A stretch of DNA of 64,000 nucleotides from a virus: the IMG/VR virus record IMGVR_UViG_3300037486_000321, positions 6,139 through 70,138 of that record. One strand, written 5' to 3'. Of the stretch, positions 57,137 through 64,000 are shown one piece after another. The notes beneath the pieces were generated by a model. It did no database searches. It saw only the letters and a program-made list of their open reading frames with translations, and had not been told where the DNA came from. Position 1 is the first letter of the stretch. Each line of letters begins with the position of its first letter. A program made the translations under genes and the position numbers.

Positions 57137-58354
57137 TTAAAATGGTAATATAAGTTCTCTTTGTAATTTAGATAATCTGTATTCAAAGATAGAATCCAAT
57201 GCACAATACTTCAGTAATTTATCTTTCCCCTGTTTATCATTAACCAATTCCATAATCCTGTTTATACTATTTGCACTGGTTTCATCCACAGATTGAAGAT
57301 ATGATTCTACTTCAGAAGAATAATCCACCACACCAAACTGAGTATATACTTGAAACTTTAAACCAGTAACCCCTGGTTGGTTATCAAGGATGTGAGCAGC
57401 CAACATAGTATCCCATATCCAATTGTTTACGGATTGTTTTAGCCTTACCACACTCCATGATTCCTCAAACTTCATATTCTGTGCTATTTTTCCTATTTGT
57501 GGATTGGCTAACAGGTTTACAAAAGGTTTACGTTCTTCTCTGCTGTGTGGCATCATAAAAACATAAACATGGTCAGGACTATCAGCTACAGAGCAACAAA
57601 CAATCCTGTGTCCTACGGCATGAGGTTTTTTGCCTGTGGTTTCATAATCAAAGGCTATTTCTCCTTTTATTCCATTCAATACGGATAAATCTTCTATTAT
57701 GTCTATCTTAGGTTCTTTATATTGTGGAAAAGGAATACCTATCATTCCAATAGCCTGTTTTAAGTCCTGTTTCCATATGGTTTCCTCTACCCCTTCCTCT
57801 GATCTCTCAATATAACTAGGGTGAAATGTAGGACAAATCCACGACTTCAAATCCTGATCAGGAATGCAATATCCATTCCATTTGGATATTCCCCCTAAGT
57901 CCTTCCTGTAACGACGTCCTACGAGGCTATAAACGGCCGAATTTCCCAATAAAACTATAACCTTGGGTTTGTACTGTTCTATGATTTTGAAATTGATCTT
58001 ACGACAACAGTCTATTTCATAATTAGTAGGGGTACGATTATCCCTATCTTCATCCATAGGTCTGCAATGACAGGCATTTATATTCAGGCAATCCTCAAAT
58101 AAGTCTATTCCCAACTTTTTGTAGGTTCTTTGAAGGAGTTGCCCTACTTTCCCCTGCCATGGTTTTCCTTCTCTGTCCTCTGATTCTCCAGGAGCTTCCC
58201 CAATATTCAGTATACCCTTTTTGAAGTTACCATAAGGTTGCATCCGTGGACTTTTCACCCCTTTGTATAATCCACAGGATACACATGAGTAGGTTTTCCC
58301 ATCAGGACGGGAAAGAGAGGCTGTCTCCTTTTTCGTGAAAAATCCTTCTATCAT
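57137..58354 (-). CDS. Uracil-DNA glycosylase (family 4-like) fused to a 3'-5' exonuclease: N-terminal half of a SPO1-type Pol A
   Basis: CVSCGL, IGEAPG, CRP, HPS; then DYETTG, QNMKFE, DTMLAAH and YCALD. Confidence 0.9.
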   Translation of the reverse strand: MIEGFFTKKETASLSRPDGKTYSCVSCGLYKGVKSPRMQPYGNFKKGILNIGEAPGESEDREGKPWQGKVGQLLQRTYKKLGIDLFEDCLNINACHCRPMDEDRDNRTPTNYEIDCCRKINFKIIEQYKPKVIVLLGNSAVYSLVGRRYRKDLGGISKWNGYCIPDQDLKSWICPTFHPSYIERSEEGVEETIWKQDLKQAIGMIGIPFPQYKEPKIDIIEDLSVLNGIKGEIAFDYETTGKKPHAVGHRIVCCSVADSPDHVYVFMMPHSREERKPFVNLLANPQIGKIAQNMKFEESWSVVRLKQSVNNWIWDTMLAAHILDNQPGVTGLKFQVYTQFGVVDYSSEVESYLQSVDETSANSINRIMELVNDKQGKDKLLKYCALDSIFEYRLSKLQRELILPF

Positions 58355-59136
58355 TTGTTAAAAAATCCTTTTTGTTTATTTAATTCTAATTTGTTTAATA
58401 ATGGATCATTGAAAAAAGGTTTTGGTAATTTTTTATGGTTCTCAATTCTTTTACTTGCTGACTGGTAGTAATCTTTATCAATTTCAAAGGCGATCCACTG
58501 GCATCCGAAATCTAAAAAGGCAATGACTGATGAACATGAACCGGCATGAGTGTCAATAATTTTAAAATCTGGATTAGCATAATTTTTTAATAATAATTTA
58601 TAAAGCATGATTGGTTTATGAGTAGGATGAATTCTTTTTTCATTTAATTTTTTATTACCTTGTTGTACCATTGGTTCATAAATACTTTTTGCTTGACACA
58701 TTCCCGCCCACAACAATGGCATTTCAATTTCATTATCAATTAAGCTACAATAAGCAGTTTCATATCTTTTAAAACTAACACCATCTGGCACACCCTTATC
58801 CCATTTTATTCTACCGCTCCCAACTCCTTTCCAATCAACATAATTAATTCCCCAAATTATTTGTTCTCTACTAATCCGCCTTAATTCATCAAAATATTCT
58901 TGCGGGGGTGGTTTTTTATCCCATTCTTTAAATTCAAATATTTTTTTGTTTCTATTCGCATTTAATCTTGTTCCGTTTTTTTGTTTTACTGTAGTTTTTA
59001 CTTCCTTCAAATATGCCATTTTCCCAACCCCTATGCCATATGGAATATCAACAATAGCCAAATCAAAATACTTATCAGGGAACTCTTTCATCCCGATCAT
59101 ACAATCCATCAGATATAGCTTGTTTAGTTTAAGCAT
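58351..59136 (-). CDS. DNA N6-adenine/N4-cytosine methyltransferase (beta class), DIPY variant
   Basis: LAIVDIPYG, IHPTHKP, DTHAGS and FEID motifs. Confidence 0.9.
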   Translation of the reverse strand: MLKLNKLYLMDCMIGMKEFPDKYFDLAIVDIPYGIGVGKMAYLKEVKTTVKQKNGTRLNANRNKKIFEFKEWDKKPPPQEYFDELRRISREQIIWGINYVDWKGVGSGRIKWDKGVPDGVSFKRYETAYCSLIDNEIEMPLLWAGMCQAKSIYEPMVQQGNKKLNEKRIHPTHKPIMLYKLLLKNYANPDFKIIDTHAGSCSSVIAFLDFGCQWIAFEIDKDYYQSASKRIENHKKLPKPFFNDPLLNKLELNKQKGFFNK

Positions 59137-59140
59137 TTGA

Positions 59141-60160
59141 TTATTTACTTGATCTTAGAGCTGATATATACACCCAACCTTCTCCCTCAAACTTAATTTT
59201 ATTTTCTGACAATTCACATTCCTGAGTTTCTGATAGGATTCCTTTCAACAGATATGGAGTTATATCAAAGTGAATTGGTTTTCCATCATACCGCAAAGGT
59301 GTTTCTTCAGTAACCCAACCAACCTCTGATTCTGCTTTGATTTTAAGTTTTTTATCCACTAAATCAATGGATACATTTTCCTCTATTGACCGTTCTCTTT
59401 TAGCAATTACCATAGCCCTGTCTAATATCTCCTGCAAAGATTGAGGAAGTATTAACTTAACACCATCTGCTTCTAATAAAGCAGTCACATCAGGAAAATC
59501 TTCCTCAAATATTCTGCAACTGATTTCCGTCCCTGCCTTAGTTTGGAAATGTACCCATCCTTTCCCTTCAGCTATCTTTACAGGATTGAGTTTAATGACT
59601 TGAGTGGCAGAATCTGCGGGTAACAGGAAAGTTTTAATAGGCATGTCCTTTCCCAGATTACAACGGGTCAATCGGAAATTATCAGAGGCCTCAATAAATC
59701 CTGTTTTAGTTACATGAACACAGGTAAGAATTATATTGGATGAAGAATCTTTGGCACAGGAAGGGATAGCAAAACCTATAAGCTTTATAAAATTTTCAGG
59801 TAAAGGTTTCCACTTTCCTTTTTTTGCCGTTTCATCTTCCAAAGGCAATTTAATTTCACTTTGCAAGGCAAGTCCTGCTTTAGCTTTCCCAGCATAGATT
59901 AAAATTTCATTTTCTTTTATCTCAATCTCTATTTCCTCCTGTTTGATTTTTAACAGAAGAGGGTACAAAAGGTCAGCCGGCACTGCCCCCTCCAGTTCCA
60001 ATCCTTCTACGGGATGAGAGATACTGATTTCATCATTATAGGTTATGACATGCCCTTTGATGAAAGCAAATGAGGTAGCTTGTTCAATACTATCTCTGTT
60101 TGCCAACCCTGGTTTTACTATTTCCAAGGCTTGTTGTAGTTGTTGTTTGTTAATTTTCAT
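59141..60160 (-). CDS. DNA sliding clamp (beta-clamp-like)
   Basis: About 340 aa; ILTCVH, EASDNFRL and FPD patterns; clamp loader in the same arm. Likely start 60160. Confidence 0.8.
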   Translation of the reverse strand: MKINKQQLQQALEIVKPGLANRDSIEQATSFAFIKGHVITYNDEISISHPVEGLELEGAVPADLLYPLLLKIKQEEIEIEIKENEILIYAGKAKAGLALQSEIKLPLEDETAKKGKWKPLPENFIKLIGFAIPSCAKDSSSNIILTCVHVTKTGFIEASDNFRLTRCNLGKDMPIKTFLLPADSATQVIKLNPVKIAEGKGWVHFQTKAGTEISCRIFEEDFPDVTALLEADGVKLILPQSLQEILDRAMVIAKRERSIEENVSIDLVDKKLKIKAESEVGWVTEETPLRYDGKPIHFDITPYLLKGILSETQECELSENKIKFEGEGWVYISALRSSK

Positions 60161-60182
60161 TTGTTCACTATGTATTAAACAT

Positions 60183-60878
60183 TCATTTGTCAAAAAATCC
60201 TTTTTGTTTATTTAATTCCAATTCATTTAATAATGGATCACTAAAAAATGGTTTGGGTAGTTTTTTGTGATTCTCAATTCGTTTGCTTGCTGACTGGTAA
60301 TAGTCTTTGTCAATCTCAAAAGCTATCCACTGACAGCCGAAATCTAAAAAAGCAATAACCGAAGAGCAACTTCCAGCGTGGGTGTCGATAATTTTAAATT
60401 CGGGCTTTGCGTAGTTTTTGAGAAGCCATTTGTAAAGGGCAATGGGTTTCTGGGTGGGATGGATTTTGTCATTCGTTCTATTGTCATATTTATAAAGTCG
60501 TGCAGGGCTGTCAAATGTTGTATAAGCAAGTTCAACTTGACTGAAATTTTCCCAGGGTTGTACTTTATCCCAAGCAATAAAGCATCTCGTTTTTCCAAGT
60601 TCAAAATAATTGCCACCCCAAATAATTTGATTTGTACTAATTCTTTTTAATTCTTTGAAATAATCTTTAGTTGGGGGTGTATTATCCCATTTTGTATTTA
60701 ACTTATTTATAACTCGATCTTTCAATTTTCCTGCACCATTCAGTCTCCTATTTGAATGTAAACTATCTCCACCTATCCCATACGGCGGATCAACAATAGC
60801 CAAATCAAAATACTTATCAGGGAACTCTTTCATTCCTTCTATGCAATCCAAATTATATAGTCTGTTCAGTTCGAGCAT
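60183..60878 (-). CDS. DNA N6-adenine/N4-cytosine methyltransferase (beta class)
   Basis: LAIVDPPYG, IIWGGNYF, IHPTQKP and DTHAGS motifs. Confidence 0.95.
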   Translation of the reverse strand: MLELNRLYNLDCIEGMKEFPDKYFDLAIVDPPYGIGGDSLHSNRRLNGAGKLKDRVINKLNTKWDNTPPTKDYFKELKRISTNQIIWGGNYFELGKTRCFIAWDKVQPWENFSQVELAYTTFDSPARLYKYDNRTNDKIHPTQKPIALYKWLLKNYAKPEFKIIDTHAGSCSSVIAFLDFGCQWIAFEIDKDYYQSASKRIENHKKLPKPFFSDPLLNELELNKQKGFFDK

Positions 60879-61562
60879 TTATTCTGCCAGAAAATATTTG
60901 TCATCACTTTTGGAAATGATTTTCCATTCTATTGCGGCAGGAATGAGAACCCTGAAATACCGCATTGTCTGGTCAAAATTGGATTCACCCCCAGCTTTGC
61001 CAAAATCTTTATCCGCAACAATAACAAGTTCATTCAAAGTTCTCCCTCTTGAAGGAATAGATGATAAAACAGCACAGATACAGGATATTCTTGTTTTCAT
61101 TGCATTCCCTTCAAGTTTCCTTTCCTTTTTTGCTGGGGCAGTCTTAGCATGCGTAGTTTTAGCAGGTTTCTTTTTCTCTGGTACTTCATCATCATCTTCA
61201 ATCTCTTCTTTGTTTTCATCTTCAATCTCTTCTTCATCATCACTTTCCTTTTCATCTTCCTCAGGATTGTCCATACCTTTGATTGAGTTTGGTTTTGCAT
61301 TGGCTATGTTTTCCTTATGCAACTTATCCGCAATCTGTTTTGGAGTTTTCTCTGTCATACTTTCCAACACTGCTTTAGTTTCTTCAGAGAGTTCATCTGT
61401 AGGTGCAATCAATTTTTCAGTGATTACATCATTGATGATTTTTTTGATTTCCTTAATGGAGGTTGTTTTTTTAATAACAATGTCCTCCTTGTTTTCATCC
61501 ACCAATCCAAGGACGGTGATGAGTTCCTTTGCGGCTGACCGCAATTCTTTGTCATTTGTCAT
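60879..61562 (-). CDS. Hypothetical protein with acidic linker and possible C-terminal winged helix
   Basis: 227 aa directly downstream of promoter copy 2. Confidence 0.65.
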   Translation of the reverse strand: MTNDKELRSAAKELITVLGLVDENKEDIVIKKTTSIKEIKKIINDVITEKLIAPTDELSEETKAVLESMTEKTPKQIADKLHKENIANAKPNSIKGMDNPEEDEKESDDEEEIEDENKEEIEDDDEVPEKKKPAKTTHAKTAPAKKERKLEGNAMKTRISCICAVLSSIPSRGRTLNELVIVADKDFGKAGGESNFDQTMRYFRVLIPAAIEWKIISKSDDKYFLAE

Positions 61563-61603
61563 AGCTTTTAAATTTGATTAAATTAAACAATAAGATATTC
61601 TAT

Positions 61604-61637
61604 TACTATTATACAATTATTTTTTAATTTTTTTCAA
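61604..61637 (-). promoter_or_regulatory. Putative promoter TTGAAA-N18-TATAAT, copy 2
   Basis: Shares the AATTGTATAATAGTA core with 53605-53619. Confidence 0.7.
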
Positions 61638-61648
61638 TGTTTGTGTTT

Positions 61649-62905
61649 TTATTTCTTAGCATCCCCTATACCTGTGACTTCCCAATGGGTTTCAGTTTCA
61701 TCATTTTCCTGAAAAAACCGCAACCCAAACATTTTAAAACTATACCCACCCGCTCTCTGTTTGTCTTTACTGAGGACAAACCAAGCTTCTCCATCATCAA
61801 TATCATTATCTCCATGATTAGATAACTTGAATATGTTGTGTGCCATTGCACCCATAGCTGATGCCCCTCTCAGTCCTCTCCTGTTATCCTTCCCTGCATG
61901 GTGTAAAAGTATACAAGCCACTCCTAAGGCTCTCAGATCACGTAGGAATGGATTAACCTTGTTATTCCATTCAGAGTTATCATTCTCATCCACCAAACCA
62001 AACAGAGTGCTGGCACTATCTAAAATAACAAGTTTATAACCACGATTGCTTTTAAGCCATTGAATAATTTTTAATTGGTTTTCTCTATTAGATATGTAAA
62101 AAGCATCTTCCGTAATCAATTGATATTCTGGAAGTGAAAGAATGCGGATAGGTCTGAGTTGTGTTCCCAACCATTCAAACTTTTTTATCCTATCCTCCAT
62201 TTCCTGTTCCCCCAATTCTCCATCAATGTATAATGTACCTGACCTTTTTTTAACCTGCCATTCCCCAATTTCACATTCTTTACCATCAAAATCTTTCAAC
62301 CCTAACAGGTAAGCTATGGCAATGGCCAAAAGTGATTTCCCTGATCCGTAACTTCCATAAATAATAGTAGTCTGTCCTTCTTTGAGCCATGGCCGCATCA
62401 GGGTGGTAAGAGTGGGACGAGTGTGGGTGCGGATATCCTGAACAGAGAGAATGAAATTATTTAGATTATGTACGGAAAGCCCCAAAGGACGAAATTCTCT
62501 GGCTATTTTTTCTGCTTCTTCAAGTTTTCCTTTTGCCCTCAGGGATTCTATAATCTCAGAATGTACGGCAAGGTGACGGTCATTAAAGTATTTTTTAGTT
62601 TCATCCCACAGGTACTCCAGATTAAACTCTTCCTGTGTGTACTCTTCTGATAAACTTGGTAAAATTTCTTCTTCAATTTCTTCCGCAACATCCTTCTGTA
62701 CCATCCCTTCTTTCAATTTCGTAAAGAATATACTCTCTATATCTTTCCCTGGGGCTTTACCATAAGCATCATAATATTCCCACACCCACAGAGATAAAAG
62801 TCTGGCAACGTTAGATTCCAGTAATTCTGGATTCCATACAGATTTTACCCTTTTGAGATATTCTGCGGATGTAATTAATCCAATTATTATTTGCCGCTCA
62901 ATCAT
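61649..62905 (-). CDS. Replicative helicase (SF4 / AAA_25 RepA-like)
   Basis: GSYGSGKS, LYIDGEL, VILDS and LHHAGK..RGAS motifs. Confidence 0.85.
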   Translation of the reverse strand: MIERQIIIGLITSAEYLKRVKSVWNPELLESNVARLLSLWVWEYYDAYGKAPGKDIESIFFTKLKEGMVQKDVAEEIEEEILPSLSEEYTQEEFNLEYLWDETKKYFNDRHLAVHSEIIESLRAKGKLEEAEKIAREFRPLGLSVHNLNNFILSVQDIRTHTRPTLTTLMRPWLKEGQTTIIYGSYGSGKSLLAIAIAYLLGLKDFDGKECEIGEWQVKKRSGTLYIDGELGEQEMEDRIKKFEWLGTQLRPIRILSLPEYQLITEDAFYISNRENQLKIIQWLKSNRGYKLVILDSASTLFGLVDENDNSEWNNKVNPFLRDLRALGVACILLHHAGKDNRRGLRGASAMGAMAHNIFKLSNHGDNDIDDGEAWFVLSKDKQRAGGYSFKMFGLRFFQENDETETHWEVTGIGDAKK

Positions 62906-62907
62906 TT

Positions 62908-63645
62908 TTATTCAACATATAAAGTACCTTTTTTATTGCGGTACTCTCCATCTGGTTGTAAATAATATCTTCTTCCATCCCATTCTTTGTATGGAGGTTT
63001 GTTTTTAAGATTATCTTTTTTAGAGGTTCTCTCCCAATTGCGGATGGTTGCCTGCCAATCTTTCATCCGCACTCTTCCAACCATCCAATCCTTGGAAATG
63101 TAATAATCCATGAAATGTTGCGGATCAATACCATTCTTCCTTTCTTGGCAGTATTTCTGCACCATTTCTAATGGAGGGGGAATTATCTTTCTTGCGGAAT
63201 TAATCTTTTTAGTTGTAGTTATGCTTTTATTATTAGTTCTTAAGCATTTGTGGGTACTCTCGCCACCCAGTGGAAAAAGACCCCTCTGGTTTTCCGCAAC
63301 TTGCCATACAAAGTTAATCTTTACGAAATGACCACTTACTTTACCTTCCATATTTTTTGATACTATACTTTCTATCAACCCTATTTCTATCAGTCTTTTT
63401 TTACATCGCTTAACCCTTTTAATTGACCATCCCATTCCCTGTGCTGTATAATCTGCGGTAGATTTGGGTTGATTTGTTTTTTGCCATTTTGCCGTATAAT
63501 AGTAAAATGTATACAGGGCAATTAAGTCTGAACAGTTTGGTTGCTTCAGAAGTATATCAAGCAAACATTTTGATAAAACAATTGGTTCATCTTCCACATT
63601 GTACAACTGTGGAAGTGGTTGGGTAGTGAATTTAGTTCTTTCCAT
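62908..63645 (-). CDS. Replication initiator / replisome organiser (HTH plus C-terminal domain)
   Basis: HTH-like TAQGMGWS..RV..LIEIGLI; C-terminal PP.LE.V..YC.ER...F.DYY...W....MKDWQA..RNWE. Confidence 0.75.
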   Translation of the reverse strand: MERTKFTTQPLPQLYNVEDEPIVLSKCLLDILLKQPNCSDLIALYTFYYYTAKWQKTNQPKSTADYTAQGMGWSIKRVKRCKKRLIEIGLIESIVSKNMEGKVSGHFVKINFVWQVAENQRGLFPLGGESTHKCLRTNNKSITTTKKINSARKIIPPPLEMVQKYCQERKNGIDPQHFMDYYISKDWMVGRVRMKDWQATIRNWERTSKKDNLKNKPPYKEWDGRRYYLQPDGEYRNKKGTLYVE

Positions 63646-63658
63646 AATAGGTATAAAT

Positions 63659-63769
63659 TAAAAAGTCAGGAGCTTTCCAGTAGATGGGACTGTATTTGCT
63701 CCTGACTAGTTTCACCAAAACCGCAAAGTAATGGAGAATGAATTTTTTATATTGCATGCCCATCTCATG
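63659..63769 (-). promoter_or_regulatory. Structured leader / attenuator upstream of the initiator
   Basis: 10-bp stem AGTCAGGAGC/GCTCCTGACT plus T-tract; its apical loop CCCATCT is complementary to an upstream loop AGATGGG. Confidence 0.65.
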
Positions 63770-63845
63770 TGAAATATTCTAAAGAAAAAGTAAAGGTAAA
63801 TGATATTTTTTTTATATCCTAATTTATTTTTCATCTTACTGAATA

Positions 63846-64000
63846 TCAGTTTATTAATTGTTTAATTAAATAATCTGCATCGTTTTGTTTCATACTTCCG
63901 GGATCACTTGCAATGATACTTTCAAATAGTATAGCTTCCACTCCCCGGAAACGTAATTCAGAGACAAGTTTTTTAGCCTGTACTAATGCTTGTGGATCAT
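63846..64000 (-). CDS. DNA primase (Toprim) C-terminal fragment, truncated by the window edge
   Basis: Reads DPQALVQAKKLVSELRFRGVEAILFESIIASDPGSMKQNDADYLIKQLIN*. Confidence 0.6.
   Translation of the reverse strand, partial: DPQALVQAKKLVSELRFRGVEAILFESIIASDPGSMKQNDADYLIKQLIN

Noticed and set aside
1-64000. Stop-codon reassignment
   Set aside because: Genes are full length and densely packed under the standard code, and TAA, TAG and TGA all end genes.

Overview
A 64-kb segment of a tailed dsDNA phage genome (siphovirus-like, AT-rich, standard genetic code). The host is probably Bacteroidota or a related phylum; this is inferred from the DUF5675 lysin, a HYR lipoprotein and a Bacteroidota-type replication initiator. 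There are two convergent arms. The + strand (1-34525) is the virion and lysis arm: fibre-like protein, endolysin, portal, MuF-like head protein, protease/scaffold, capsid, a seven-gene glycan-modification cluster, neck and tail genes with a -1 frameshift chaperone, tape measure, tail fibres and holin/spanin-like genes. The - strand (34561-64000) is the replication, recombination and accessory arm: primase fragment, initiator, helicase, sliding clamp, clamp loader, two DNA methyltransferases, split family A polymerase, SSB, UvsY-like protein, RecA, RuvC, split SbcC plus SbcD, sugar enzymes and small cassette genes. No terminase, integrase, reverse transcriptase or CRISPR array is visible. Top candidates for new biology: (1) a ~330-nt structured ncRNA (51320-51652, -) with a circularly permuted tRNA mimic and CCGA repeats, just downstream of a DIP1984/DUF6847-like gene; (2) a radical-SAM plus TAGT/GREB1-like glycosyltransferase cassette between the two halves of the DNA polymerase, a possible TET-independent DNA hypermodification route; (3) a virion glycosylation/methylation/sulfation cluster; (4) a Tat-signal-bearing tail-tube homolog; (5) a kissing-loop attenuator upstream of the replication initiator. 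All protein family calls come from motif recognition by eye, not from database searches.
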